Positions 44,301 through 57,742 of a stretch of DNA of 64,000 bases are shown here, in pieces. Below the pieces are notes generated by a model, which was not told the DNA's origin, did not search any database, and saw nothing but the letters and a program-made list of their open reading frames with translations. The stretch is from Tubiluchus corallicola (Eukaryota; Animalia; Priapulida): positions 186,001-250,000 of the forward strand of contig JAQGDQ010000031.1 in NCBI GenBank assembly GCA_030141605.1, given 5' to 3'. Position 1 is the stretch's first letter; every line of letters starts with the position of its first letter. A program made the position numbers and the translations under genes.

Positions 44301-47300
44301 AGCCCTGAATAAAACAAAAATAAGTATAGAAAACACATGTATAAGTATACGTATAAGTATAAGAAATAAGTATAGAAAAACAAAATTAAACAACTAGGAA
44401 AGCTAATGTTTAAAATAAGAACTAACACAAAGAAACATTAGTCTATGGTCAAGCGTGAGACCATTTTACGTCACTTATTACTTTTGGCTGTCGTTGACAT
44501 ACTATAAACTGATGACATACTATATTACGTTGAATTTGTAAGAACAGTAATGTTCTCCTCGGTTACAAAAAACTATTTGGGGTGCGTTAGAAATAGTTTT
44601 CATATAAAAATAGCAGAGCTGCTAAGGAAAACCTGCTGCTGCTGCTTTGTAACATTCAGCAAGCATCACAAAATATAAATTGCTACTGTAATCTGAAACA
44701 ACACAACCATTTTAACTGAAATAGCACAATAAAACACACAACCAAGCCAGATTAACAATTAATTAAATTACCTAAAAATAGAGAACACTTAATTAAATTA
44801 CATTAAAATATAGTGATTTTGGAAGCAAATCCATGTTCAGAAAATAATTAGTCACAATAATTACAGTGTCACATTGCAAAATTTTAATATAACTTAAATA
44901 ATTGTCTAACTTGGTGGTGTGTTTTATTATGCTACTATAATAACTTGGAACATATATTAATTATGTTCCATTTCATTATTTTAGGATACTGTGACCTTCA
45001 AATAACCTTTGACGATGTACTCAATCGATACAGTTCAATACGTTTTTTCACGAACCTTTATTTGTTCGATGCACTGATGAAGTAGGCCTCTATAAAAAAA
45101 CTAAAAAGTCTGTAACGATCAAGTGAGTAAATGTTGTTAATCCGTGAAGGGCAAAAGCTATTTTAACAACATTTGTCATTAAAATGTTATTACCTAAAAT
45201 TTACGAATCAATATTTTACCTTTCTCGCTCGACTGAAGCCTTCAGAAAATCCACAAAATTCTTCTCATCATAGTTATCAGGAGTGAATGTCATCAGCTGC
45301 TCTATTAAGCCAGCCTAAAACACAGATGCACTCCTTACACTTGATACTAATTATAATGATGCAACGTTACATCATTAGGAAGAAGAAGAAAAGAAGAAGA
45401 ATGAACTAGACGTCTCTAGAATTCGATTAGAATTGTTTTGATAATTGTTTAAGCTCAGCAGAGAACACTTACAGAGAAGAAAGGCCGGTGGCTAACCAGA
45501 CACTCCACCTTTCTTCCTGCACTACAACCTAGTAAAGCTGATTACACCTAGCAAGGTGGCCTAAGAGTTCAGTTCGAGCAGCAAATGGCTTGAAATATAC
45601 TGAACTCACAACCCCTGGACTGCCAGCACTGTATCACTCAGCAAATGCATCTTAAACTTTCAAACAAAAAACTGAGCCATCAGGCAATATAACACTACTG
45701 CATTTTATTTCACTTCTATGAAAAATTATTATTTAACAACTACAATTACAAAAGAAATACACTTATATCTTGGTTTGCCGGACCTCGCTTGTACGGATAT
45801 CGGGAAATTCGCACAAAATCTGATCCATTAAAACGTCCAGCATACTACGGACACAGTCCGTTATTTCGAGAGCTGACCGCTAGTTGGTGGTCACTTTATT
45901 TACATCCAAGCAGAGTGTAAAGACATGTATGTAACTTGCATGTCAGCTTGTTTAGGGGTTTAACCAGCATGCGAAAGTGGGTCAATTATGAGTCAATTAT
46001 GCGGTTATTTGAGTCAATTCTTGACAGTTTTCATATGCTTTTGAAATAAGAGCGGTACATACTAAACGCCTGATTCAACATTACCGTGAATCTAATACAC
46101 GGCACTTACTATATAACTACTAGCTTAGTATTGGAAAATACAGACAATCGGCAAATTCGGACTGATGACTACCCGCTTTTGTCCGGTAAACCCAGATATC
46201 AGTGTATAGATTTCTAAACATATACATTGTTATTTTACCCTTTCGAGTCTCAGTGCATCAACACTGCAATGAAGGTCCTGAATCTCACTCAGCTGTTGTT
46301 GAATCTGCATTTGTAATCGCTGCATTTGCGATGCATTGGCTCGCTGCGAGCACAACGATATCATTGACGCTAGCTCTAACTGTGAAGAAAAAACTTAGAA
46401 CAATGTTGAGAATGTTTAGCAACATCAGATGTGAGCACAACGATATCATTGACGCTAGCTCTAACTGTGAAGAAAAAACTTAGAACAATGTTGAGAATGT
46501 TTAGCAACATCAGATGTGAGCACAACGATATCATTGACGCTAGCTCTAACTGTGAAGAAAAAACTTAGAACAATGTTGAGAATGTTTAGCAACATCAGAT
46601 GTGAGCGCAACGATATCATTGACGCTAGCTCTAACTGTGAAGAAAAAACTTAGAACAATGTTGAGAATGTTTAGCAACATCAGAGAATCTTACACAGTTA
46701 GCACACAATGTACAAAATTGTTAAACAAAAATAGTAATTACAATCTGTGTTATATGTCTCAGCACACGAATGACAGAGCAAGATCAACGAGGGCAGGTGT
46801 ATTACTGCTTAAATATTCACAAAATTTAACCTTTAAAAGTAGGTAACAGAAAGAATAACATTTTTATTTAGCTTACTTATAATGAAATAAGGTAAGTTTT
46901 ATATCTGTCTTTTCTTTAAAAAATTCAAGAAAGTGATAACAATTACAATTAATAAATGATTGTAAAAACTATTGATAGCTATTATGAAAATTAGTTTCAA
47001 GTTTTTTCGAAAAGCATTAACATAATAAATGCAGAATTATGTTAATAAAAACATCCTAACATACTAACCTAACAAGTTTTTCACTAAGACACTTATTTAG
47101 GTATGTGGATTGGATACTTTGTTTTACTAACACATAAATGGGAAAAACTTAAATAAATCAATTATCTAATTAGACCCAACAGTTTAGTGATTAATTTCAA
47201 ATGTGGCATTAATTTATGAAGTGAAACAAACACGGCTACTCCAGTAAAAATACAATACAGTTCATTTAACAACTTTGTGGCCCGTACGGTTTGCAGCTTT

Positions 47301-50300
47301 TTGCCATGTATGGGTCTCCCAGCCCACATCTGTATGTAAACCATGTATAATGTTTCCAAATTGTGAACTTGTGATGTGGGTTAAATAAAAAACAAAAAAA
47401 CAACATAAAAAGTTAAATTAAACAAAACAAACTATTGATCCAAACGAGAAGATTTGCTTCGCAAGGTACGTCACTTTTTAATGTAAATTGTACTATGCGA
47501 AAATTTTTAACTACTTTTTGGCAATAAAGTATAGTATACCATTCTATATTATAGTGAAAATGATATAGAATAGCAACAGGTTCTTTATGCTCTGAGCAAG
47601 ATTTAGACTGGATCTAACTTGTAAATAAAGGTTTATAAAAGTTACCCTCAGCTTTGACAGATGTTGCTTGGCTAGATTGTATTTGTTACACAACATTTCC
47701 TTATCCTTAGCAAGTGCTGTAACCCTTTCCTCTAGCTGCAAGCGTCTGTCATTGACCTGGATACGGAAAATCAGAAGTTAATTATAAAGCTATCTATAAT
47801 CAAATAATGCCAATAAGCTTTTTCACAGTTTCTGCGATTGATGGTGATCGTGAAAAGTCAAAGGTTTCCTGAACCCAACAATGTTATCTGAATAGAAACA
47901 AAGCATTTGTTTATACTTGACAATGCCTCGAGGCGCATACTCCTGTATTAGTAACAGTTTTTGGCATTAATTATTGCTTCATTTATTTCATTTTAGGTGA
48001 ATTGTTACTATTATTTCGCTAGCCCGTTTTTGGATGAGAATAACATGTTACTTTAAAACCATAAGCATGTAGTATATAATAAAAATAACCATGTGTTTTA
48101 CTCATTTCACCTATATGTAGTTATGTGCATAAAGTCACGTGACTGTTGTAGTTAAGAAAGACGTGTTTGGTTCAGTTACCTTTGACCTACAGCAACTGTG
48201 CGTACGCAGAGCAAAACTGTGAAAAGGCTTATTATGAGTCTAATATGCAGAAAGTTCTGCAAAATGAATGATTTTACAGCATGTCTTATTACCAGGCAAC
48301 ATTGCAGGGAAAAATCATAACATTTTAGCAGTTTGTAGACTACTGCATGTCAATACAATCACAGCACAAAATTAGGAAAGAAGCAGTCATGGAAATCCTA
48401 TATAATAGAACGCAATTCCCGAGTTCTATACATGAATGCATAAAAATAATGTGAATGCAAAAAATTATCAGCTTTCCAATCATTTGTGATGATAGTTACT
48501 CCATTTATTAATAGGCAAGGAAAGGCTAGAAAGAGAATTAACTACTAATGTAAAATTTCACACCAATTAATCAACTAATTACTGAAAATATTATTAAAAT
48601 TAGGTTAGTTAATAATGCAAACAACCAAACAGTATGTACAATTAGACATTTATCATATCAATACTCAAGCTAAAAGTTCCCAGAGAAAAATTCTGCAAAC
48701 ATGGATCAACTGATTTAGTCCATAACAACACAAAACTTAGCCTACCTCAGCAAAAAGCGAATTTCCTTTTTTCTTTGTATCAACCTGCTCTAAGTGCATG
48801 TTATCTACCTGAACTTGCAGCTCCAGCATGGTTTCTCTGCATTTCTAAAATTTTCATTTAAACACACACGTAAATTCAACATATTTGGCTAAAAGAGAGC
48901 TATGCAAAACACACTTAAAGCAAAGTAAATAATGAGCAATAATGAGCTTAGTAATCTGGTGTGTCCAAAATATGAAGTTCATTTATGGTTATGGCATTAT
49001 AAAAATAAATAAAACCACAAAAAAATTAAAAACACATGTTAGTGTTCTTTGCTAGATTTCCAGAAAAAATTGCTCATTATTGCAAAATGGGTGGTCATTA
49101 TAGCCTGAACCTCAACCAACTAAAGATGGGCAATCGGGCAGCTGATAAGATTATTGAAAATTATCTATGAAACAGGTTAATAGTATCGCCGAAAACAAAC
49201 AGTCATACTAAGTGTGAAACAGTAAATAATGAACAAATGTACATGTATATGTCTATATGTACATGTATATATTTATGACACACAAATATGTTTTGGTATC
49301 ACTACTAGCAGGTTTCTCACGGTCCGGACAGGTCTATACACTGAGTGTAGAAATGTGCATTAGAATACTTGCTCCACCAATGTTAACTTTCATTATGTAG
49401 TTGCTTATTAACAGGGCCACATTGGCTTTTGCACATTTGACAATAACAACTTCTTGTGACATGTTAGTAAAACTGAATCTTGTAAATAAACAAATAGTCT
49501 GCATGGCCGTAGCAGCGAAATAAACAGACCTGGGTGACTGCGCTTAGTGCAGAGCTCGGGCAGCAGTCTACCGCCTTCCATGGTAAAAGGGTTAAATCAC
49601 AGTACATTACCTCTACTTCATTACAATAAGATGTTGCACGTGCTTGTGCTTCAGACAGATCTTCCTTTAGTTCAGTTAATGCTCTTTCTGCTTGAATATT
49701 TCTCAGTTTGGTTGAATGTAGATCACACTTTGCAGTGGCCAATTCTTCTTGAAGCACAGCCTGAAAACATTATCTTTCTACAGTGATAGTATGCACCTAA
49801 GTATTGATAGCCAATCATTGCTATTAGAATATTCATTTAAGCAGATTGGTATTACAGGTAGTATTTTTGTCTACATCTACTGTGTATAAGTATCAACTAT
49901 TAGCAGTTAATATTAAATAAATTGTAGTTAAAACAATCAGCCAAACTCGCCTACTATCCACCAGCATTCGTGTCCAGTCTAACGTGCAGCTGCAGGTCTG
50001 CCAGCTATTGCAAGCAACCATGACAACCAAGTTTATCACGTTATTCAGGGATAGAAGACCTATGAAATTCTGTATCTAACCATATAATTTTTTATCAAGT
50101 GTTTCCACTGAGAAGAAAAAATAAAAAACTCAAACATGTAGCAATGAATTCACTAGAATTAAAAATGAAGCCACGAAGTTCACTGGACGAATAATAACAC
50201 TGGGCACAATGATAACATAAAGATTACTACTTCAAAGTGTAATATCTGTTTTTGAAAATACAGTAGGTGCCGGTTAAAGGACTCACTTTGGGACAGAAGT

Positions 50301-53300
50301 GTTTTGACCCAATTAACTGACTCAGTCAATTAGCCGAAGTGTGTAGTATATTACTACTATAAAAGTATGAGTCACTCATCACCTTAGTATGCATTACAAA
50401 GGTCTTTAATGAATTTTAGAAACGAATTAATGTCAAAATTACCTATTTGCAATTATTTAAGAAGCATAATTTATGTAAATGAATTAGTGAAAAAGAAAAA
50501 AATCGCAACAATCTAATTATCACCATTAAAAATTACAAAAAGTCATGCAAGGTCGGTTGCCTCATTTCTTCATGAAAAGGCTGGTTTATGAAATTCTACT
50601 AATTATAAAAACAATTAAAATCTGTTGCTGTATGCTGTACATATTTACACAAAACACCTAGTCGCCTTGTGCTTGAGCTGCAGTTGCTGATGACCTTGTG
50701 AAAAGCAGCAGGAGCTTCAAAAGCAAACCACTGTGCAAGTGATTAAATGCTTAGCTTCCAGAAATAATAAGAGTAATGGGAGTAAATAAGCGGGTGACAG
50801 ACTCAAAGCAAAACCGCTATGGTAATATATTAGCGCATATGATAAACATACTGTACCTGCTCATAAATAAAGCTGCATTTAACGTGGCTGTTTCTATGTA
50901 TATTATATAGCACAAAATTGATGTAAAGGTGATGTAAAAGCAGTAAAAAGTATGTGAAGTAAAAATATTGAGTCAATTATATGGAGCTACTCGTGTCAAT
51001 TACCAACAGTTTTTATATACATTTGAATAGGAGTTGCCCATTCCAGGTGTTTTTGAGTCAATTAACCGTGAATCTAATAAACAGCGCCTACTGTAACAAT
51101 ATACTATGCCATATTAATTTTTCAGCATCAACAACAGCAGTTCCCTAACAACAACAGAGTTACACTTCTGACAGAAGGAATCTTTATTTAACATGTTCTG
51201 TTACCTTCTCTTGTGCAAGTTTATTATAATTTTCTTGTAGTTTCAGAATTTCTTCACTAGATGTCACTGACAGACTGCTAACATTCATGTGTTGATCCAG
51301 TTGCTCCTTTAGCTGCTCAATTGTTTGCAACTGAACTTCAGCCTTCTTTTGGTATTCCAGCAATTTAATCTTGCTGTCATCCAACTGTTCTTGAACTTCT
51401 TCGAGCTATAATTACATGCAAATCAATGTTATTAATGACACAAATAAAAGACATTGAAAACGTCGGTTTTTGCCAAATACTTTTCTCTCAACAACAGTAT
51501 GGAATCTTGCTGGCCTAAATGTGATAAATGTCTTTTGAACAATCCTATCACACATACATGCTTTACCATTAATGTATAAATACATAAATTTTCATCAGAA
51601 GAAGGAAATAATATTGTTTGTCAACATACAATTTTTAAATTGCAAACTGTCAAAGTATCTATAAACTAGGTTAAACAACCTTTTTGTAATCTATCTTAAG
51701 CTGTTAAAACTGCTAAATTTAAAAAAAACGTGGATCGTTGTCTTTTCATATTTCAGTAAACTTGCTATCATGTCATTAGTAATTATAATGCTTTTTATTT
51801 TGTGATCTAGAATTTGTATTTATACGCCTCGCCTAAGTCAAGCGAGAATGTATATTTTATTCTGTTAAAATTCAACCATATCGGATGGTTAAGGATGCAA
51901 AGTTCTGACAATAAATCTTAAATTTTAATCCAAATTTCTCCTTTCTGCCGAATTCTTGCACATTTTGTCAAATGCAAGGAAATAGCTCAACCTTTTGAAT
52001 GTATACTTGTCACTGCCTTGCTAAGTACATGTAAATAACTCGACTTTCTGATTGTGTATTTGTCACTTTATCTATGAATGTTAACAATCTAATAACAATG
52101 ATAATAATATTAATATTTATTTTATATAGCACCTAATTCTGATCTACACAAACAGACAAATGGCTACAAATCACAAAAGTATCAAAAATCAACATGACAG
52201 AATTAAAAAAGTTCACAAGATTGAACTGTAAGCCTGAGAAAAACATAAAAACACACAGAGTCTACCGTTAAACATTTATTTTACAAATACTCTGGCAATG
52301 ACTAGAACTTCAATCATCAAAAACTATCAATTAATATTAGCTGGGTGAAATAATAATTAAGAGTTTGATACCATCTAAGGTACAATATGATTGTTCTGAG
52401 TTCTGACTGGTATTCCATAACATTTCATATCTACTATCCTAAACAGCTTCTATCCAGCTTGCAGTGTAGCCACTCGATTAATATCGTCATCATCATCTAA
52501 TCACCCACCTTGCATTTAAGTTTTTGCAGGGCTTGACATTTCTCAAATTCAGCATCTTGTTTTAGCTTTTCAAAATCTCTTCTCCAATTCTTCTCTATAA
52601 TTTCATTCTCCTCCTGCTGACTTGCAGTCAGGCTAGTGAGACGAGCCACTTCTTGTTTTAAGTTAAACTTTTCCTGTTCGATCGCCTGAAAAACAAATTA
52701 TCATTTAAATAGCAAAACCCCGCAAAAAATTTTGCACACAAACCTGAACACCATACCACAATACAACATCACACCACCCACAACACACCACACAAACCAC
52801 ATCAGACCACCCACACCATGCCAACAACCCACATCACACCACCCACACCATTTATCTGTAAGATCAAGCTCAATATATACCTTCCAAAAACCATAATTTC
52901 ATTACTACACTGCTTCACTAGCCAACAGCTACAAATGTTATCATATGAGCTCTAAAAATGTTATCATAATTAGCTGAAAGGAGCTAGGGGCTATCCACAT
53001 ATAACAATATTTTCGGCCAATTTCGAGGACCTACCTACCTTTAGTTATAATGGCATTATCATTACTCCAGCCACCCTCCCTACCCTAAACTTGATATCGT
53101 TATATATGGATTGCCCCTTTAAGTTATTTGCCTTTCTGGCAGTTTACAAAAGCAGCAAAAGAATCTTGAGTAATGACAAATAAGCTCTAACCCAATAGTT
53201 CAAAAGCGCATCATTCAAGGCCTGTTTTAAAATCTTGACTTTCTCATTAAAGTCTAACAGTCTTATGCAAGTCATAGACTATTTGTCAATCGTGTCAGAA

Positions 53301-53639
53301 AATAGACAAGAACATATAAACAACAGAATTTTTAAATTCGAAAATTTTGTTTCGCACAATGTCTGCACACACATCCAAACTATTATGCTAGAAATAAACG
53401 ATCAGTACTAATCATGAATGAGACCAAATTGGCTGTTAAATAATTGCCTCTATTTTAGACTGAAGTCTTTGTGACTGTTCCTCGACTTGGTTGAGTTGAG
53501 CATTTAGTTGAGTGTTTGATTCCAAAAGTTCTTTTCCAAACTGAGCAGCTAGCCGAGCATCACGATCCTTTGCTTCCAATGCTTCACGTAATCTGCCCGC
53601 CTCGCTAATGTCAGTTTTTTTCGGGAATTCAGTTTCCAT
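41367..53639 (-). CDS. SPDL1: Protein Spindly (kinetochore dynein adaptor), ~584 aa
   Basis: 12 coding exons on the minus strand: 53639-53448, 52685-52509, 51405-51205, 49760-49611, 48844-48746, 47756-47646, 46379-46239, 45314-45220, 44304-44111, 43247-43083, 42539-42420, 41476-41367 (1755 nt, all phases compatible). CC1 box AAQFGKELL, EQEKFNLK, Spindly motif KGNSLFAE|VNDRR, long coiled coil, and C-terminal farnesylation-type motif CKQQ*. The first donor is inferred to be GC. Confidence 0.95.
46348..46684. repeat. 85-bp tandem repeat x4 spanning a Spindly intron/exon junction
   Basis: Near-identical units start at 46348, 46433, 46518 and 46603. On the minus strand each contains TTTTTTCTTCACAG followed by the first 32 nt of coding exon 7. 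Confidence 0.95.
50261..51093. mobile_element. Non-autonomous pogo/Tigger-like (Tc1/mariner superfamily) element in a Spindly intron
   Basis: TA-flanked TIRs CAGTAGGTGCCGGTTAAAGGACTCAC / reverse complement CAGTAGGCGCTGTTTATTAGATTCAC. A related right-end fragment lies near 45980-46112. Confidence 0.75.
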
Positions 53640-54332
53640 AATGAGGTGCCTACAAAAAAGCTCTAAATTACTTTGATAAAACCGAGTAACCCAAGAAATG
53701 ATTTCACGAATCTCTTATGATTATCAACGAGTTTCTTGAATTTCCCGGAAAATGCTTTTGTTGGTTAGTGTTTGACTTCTCAAAAAATTTCACGCACCGC
53801 CACAGCTTGCTCGAGATTTTTGTGTCGAGACTATTACTAATAATATAGAATATAGATTATTAGTAATTACATAAAACTTATTGACCGAACACTATTGTCA
53901 CTTGCAAACTTCACGTATTGTTTTATTCTTGGTATATGACATTTCAAAGAATGTATATATATATATATATATATGGCGGTTCCTTCCCATCCAGTTGTCA
54001 ATGTTAACAATTCTTTTTCTCATAAGATCAACATGGGTCGCTACTTAAGGCTTTCTATATGAATTTTAGTGTAATCAAGTTCGCCACAACGTACAAGGGA
54101 GTTAAGCCACACATGAGCTCCAAATAATTCTTTACCGGATGAAAACCTGCTCCTATAACAGCTTTCATCACTTGTATAGTATAGTATGTCTTCAAAGTAA
54201 GAGTGCTTTCGTGATAACCATGCTTCATCTCCATACAAAATTATTGGCAGTACCGTTGTTTTAAACAAGCTAATCACTACAGGTAACCTCAGCCCACTAT
54301 ATTTGCGACACTTCTTGATATTAAACCACCAG

Positions 54333-54731
54333 CAGTGGCGGATTATGATTTTATGGGCCTTAGGCTTGAGCTTGGAACGGGCCTTTTAAATGTTGCTACA
54401 TTGCTGAGCTGACGTGTTTTTGTGGAGCTCTCGTCGTTTGTAAGTTTGTTTAATTTTGTGAGTTTTTGCCCACCGATTGTGATAAAAATTATATCTTCGT
54501 GATCCTTGATTTGTGGACTAGGACTATATAAACACGATTACAACTTGGTGAATTTCTGGGCTAGATGGCAACTAAAATAAGCCAATCAGAAACTCTGAAA
54601 CTCGGGTCCCTTGCTCTTTTGTCAATTTATTATTTTGTAAAAAAAAAATTTTTCGTTTTATTTTGCCGGGCCCCTTTTGATCCCGGGCCTTAGGCTTCAG
54701 CCTATTCAGCCTATAGGGTTATCCGCTACAG
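54333..54731. mobile_element. hAT-type MITE
   Basis: Perfect 8-bp TSD ACCACCAG (54325-54332 and 54732-54739). TIR CAGTGGCGGAT / reverse complement CTGTAGCGGAT. The subterminal motif GGGCCTTAGGCTT is repeated. Confidence 0.9.
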
Positions 54732-54906
54732 ACCACCAGTGCAAAGTTCTCTGTCGAATCTGATTTGAGTGTTTTTCAAAAGCTATTGTAGTTTATTATC
54801 AATCGTGATCCCTAACACTTTGCTTTCTTCAGTATATAGAATTTCTTTAGTTCCCATGTTTAAATTGGCTGGCTGATTTTGCTTATTGCATTTACCCATT
54901 TACCCA

Positions 54907-57742
54907 TTACCACATGCTGCCAGAGGTACAGCTCACCCACCAAGAGCGCTCATTGGTGAAAAGGAGGCACAGTTTGCTGCTAACGCATAGGTCTCGAGCG
55001 ATACCCTGTGGCAGTATATGAATTGCGCGCATATTAAAAGAAAAGAGTGTGTATTTCAACACACAGTGGCTAAACACACTATAATATAAGAGTTCAAGTA
55101 GAGCTCGTGCTGTTCGCAAGCGGATTAGTCTAGTTATAAACTCTTGATATGCCTAACCTCTTATTAGGTTAGGAACACCACTCCGCACATGCGCAGCAAA
55201 TTGATTAATTAAAAGTAAGTTTAAGGAATAAAAGCTTACTGGTTATAAAGAGAACAGTAGGACTGTTCAAAGAAAATTAAAGGCAATGCATGCGAAATAA
55301 ATTTGAAAAATCATAGAGCGTAAAGGTACGCAGAAGTAAATTAGATGGATCCGATGCTGTTTGCGAGTGGTTTAGTTTAGTTTTAAACTCACAATATGCT
55401 TAACCTCTTATTAGGTTAGGAACTAAAATCCGCATACGCGCAGCAGATCTAATGATGAATAGTAAGGCTGGAACTTAATAACTTACTAATTCGTGAAAGT
55501 GGTTAGGGCCACTCTAGGGGGAGGAAAGTGCCCTAACATAAGAAAGTAATGGGCGTATTGCGCCACTGCAGAACGCTATGGTCAGGTTAAAGTAAAACCG
55601 GTTATAAGTGGTATAAGAACTAGAGGTTCTATAGGGTTTAAATGAGAGAAATGCAGAACATAACCTCCGGCACGGTAGACATGATCCCCGAATATATGAA
55701 GCTACCAGCACCCAAGACATGGGACAGAATTTGACGTGACCTTAGACGACCTAATACTGACCAAGACAGGTCCCACGAAAAGGTCTGAACGTAACGAGAG
55801 GGTCGACTTAAAGGAAGTTTAATGGCAAATGAAGCCATGAAAGTTTAATGGCAAATGAAGCCATAAGATAACAGGCTGGTAACATTGGATGATGGTAAAG
55901 GAACCACCCAATTAGGTGATAGGGGATCTGTGTAAATAGGTGTACTAAGTATGAAATTGTTAAATGACACCAAGGATACTGCGTATTGTATTTATGTTAC
56001 AGGATAAAGGGACAGTTGGAGATGGAAGGCGGGAAGAAGATGGAAGATGGCAAAGACAACACGGGGTACATCTGAGGAAGGATCTCAGGAGACTAGCGGA
56101 TTCATAAACCCCGGTCCAGGAAGCCTGGAGGAACTCAATGGACAATGGTATCCCGCCACCATGACCTCCAAGATGGAACATCCCATAGTAGATTAGGATG
56201 TAACATATAGTGTTGTAAATGTGAATAATTAAGGAGCTCCAAGGAGATGCGACCGTGAAGCGGAACATTAAATACGTGCCACATCTGGAGTGAGTGTTAG
56301 GGGAGGAAAGTTGTCATGAATAAATTTATGAATCTGTAATTTGGTGATTAATTAATAGAATTATCAACTGAATTAGATTCAGTTGATAAAACGGATACCT
56401 CCTTGATTTGATAAGATAAATTTATTGATTGATTATAAGAACTCACTCAGCTGGTAAGGCACGAGATTTAATGCGAAGCAAATTATTTTCACAGGTGTGT
56501 TTTTTCGTTTACTGAAGGTAAACAGGTGTTCATTAAGTGAGAGCGAAATCTTGTTTTATAACCTTATGCAAGCGTAGATAAACGCTCTATATAACATTAT
56601 GCAGAGTTACACATAATTGTCAAGAAAGTCGCGATAAGCAAAACTTCTTTGGAAAGCCAAGCTTGCGAGGAAACTTTGGGAGCAAGGAATTCTGAAGACA
56701 GACCTGGCGTGCAGCTAAACTTCCCACGTAGGAGAAAGAATTCTTGAGCCACCTGGATGGTCATAAACTTCTTAGCAGGGAGATGCTAGGGTAAGCCAAG
56801 GATGTCACCTTTCACCTTATTGCACCATATTGCGTTTGAGTGCGAAATTGCGAGAAGCGGGATCTTGGAGTTATAAACTCGTGTTGAGGACACGAGGGAG
56901 TTAGTTAGTTAGTCGGGTGCAAGCAGTGAGCCAACTTCAGGGAGAGAGGAACCAGAGAGAGGCGACAGGGAATCTGACAGAGTGTGACATCACTGGAACC
57001 AGCGTGGACCATAGTTCTACGTCCTCAGCAAACGTCTGGGCACTGGATCTACGAACAGTCTTACAGAAGCATTGGATTTGACCAAGTGTACGGGAGTTGC
57101 ATTGGTCATTCCACCGAGTTAAGTAATCTTAACGCATTAGTAACTTGAGAGTAACTCTGCATAACGGTAGTTCACATTGTAGTAAGCACCTTAAGTGTAG
57201 CATACGGATTATTGTAAAGTGTATACTTCACATTGTATTTAGCACCTTAAGTGCAACGCACGGAAAATTGCTAAGTGAATTGCTTGTGTATCTCTTGGAG
57301 CTAAATATTAGTTGTGAACGCCGACCAGCGTCTAAGAACAAATTGTGTACAACTATCTAGCTAAGAGTAATTGTTGTAAACCAATAAAAGCTTATTCACT
57401 TTGACTTAAATTACGAGTTCATGTATGCTTATAGGAGTTTGAAGTTAAGCAACACTAGATTCGATAACAAACCTGTAGATTCGCATTGCATTAATTATTA
57501 ATTAATTTAATAAAGCTCAATTGCGGGAATTAGGTTAGAAAGCTTTAGGGACAAAGACTTTACTCACAACGCAAAGTCGTAGAGTCAGTCTAGAGGGACA
57601 AGATTATCGCCTGATAGACTTATCTTAAGCCCTAGGAGCTGGCTGATAAATCACCTTGTAGCAATTAATTAAGAAAGGAAGCGAATCAATTTTAAATCAA
57701 TATATAAATCACTTGAATGCTATACGATCACAAGATATAACA
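54907..57742 (+). mobile_element. Probable truncated LTR retrotransposon (3' internal region + single ~1.4-kb LTR, 56312-57742)
   Basis: Foreign block interrupting the LINE. Polypurine tract AGGGGAGGAAAG (56299-56310) lies just before TGTCATGA. The candidate end is ATATAACA at 57742, with AATAAA at 57383. No second LTR, TSD or gag/pol was seen. Confidence 0.45.

Noticed and set aside
45007-45090. Extra Spindly exon candidate with AG/GT borders
   Set aside because: It has an in-frame stop, and the flanking exons 45314-45220 and 44304-44111 already join in phase (ERER-AEKQ).
46202-46846. Plus-strand ORFs 46202-46483 and 46601-46846
   Set aside because: They are antisense read-through of Spindly exon 7 and the 85-bp repeat.
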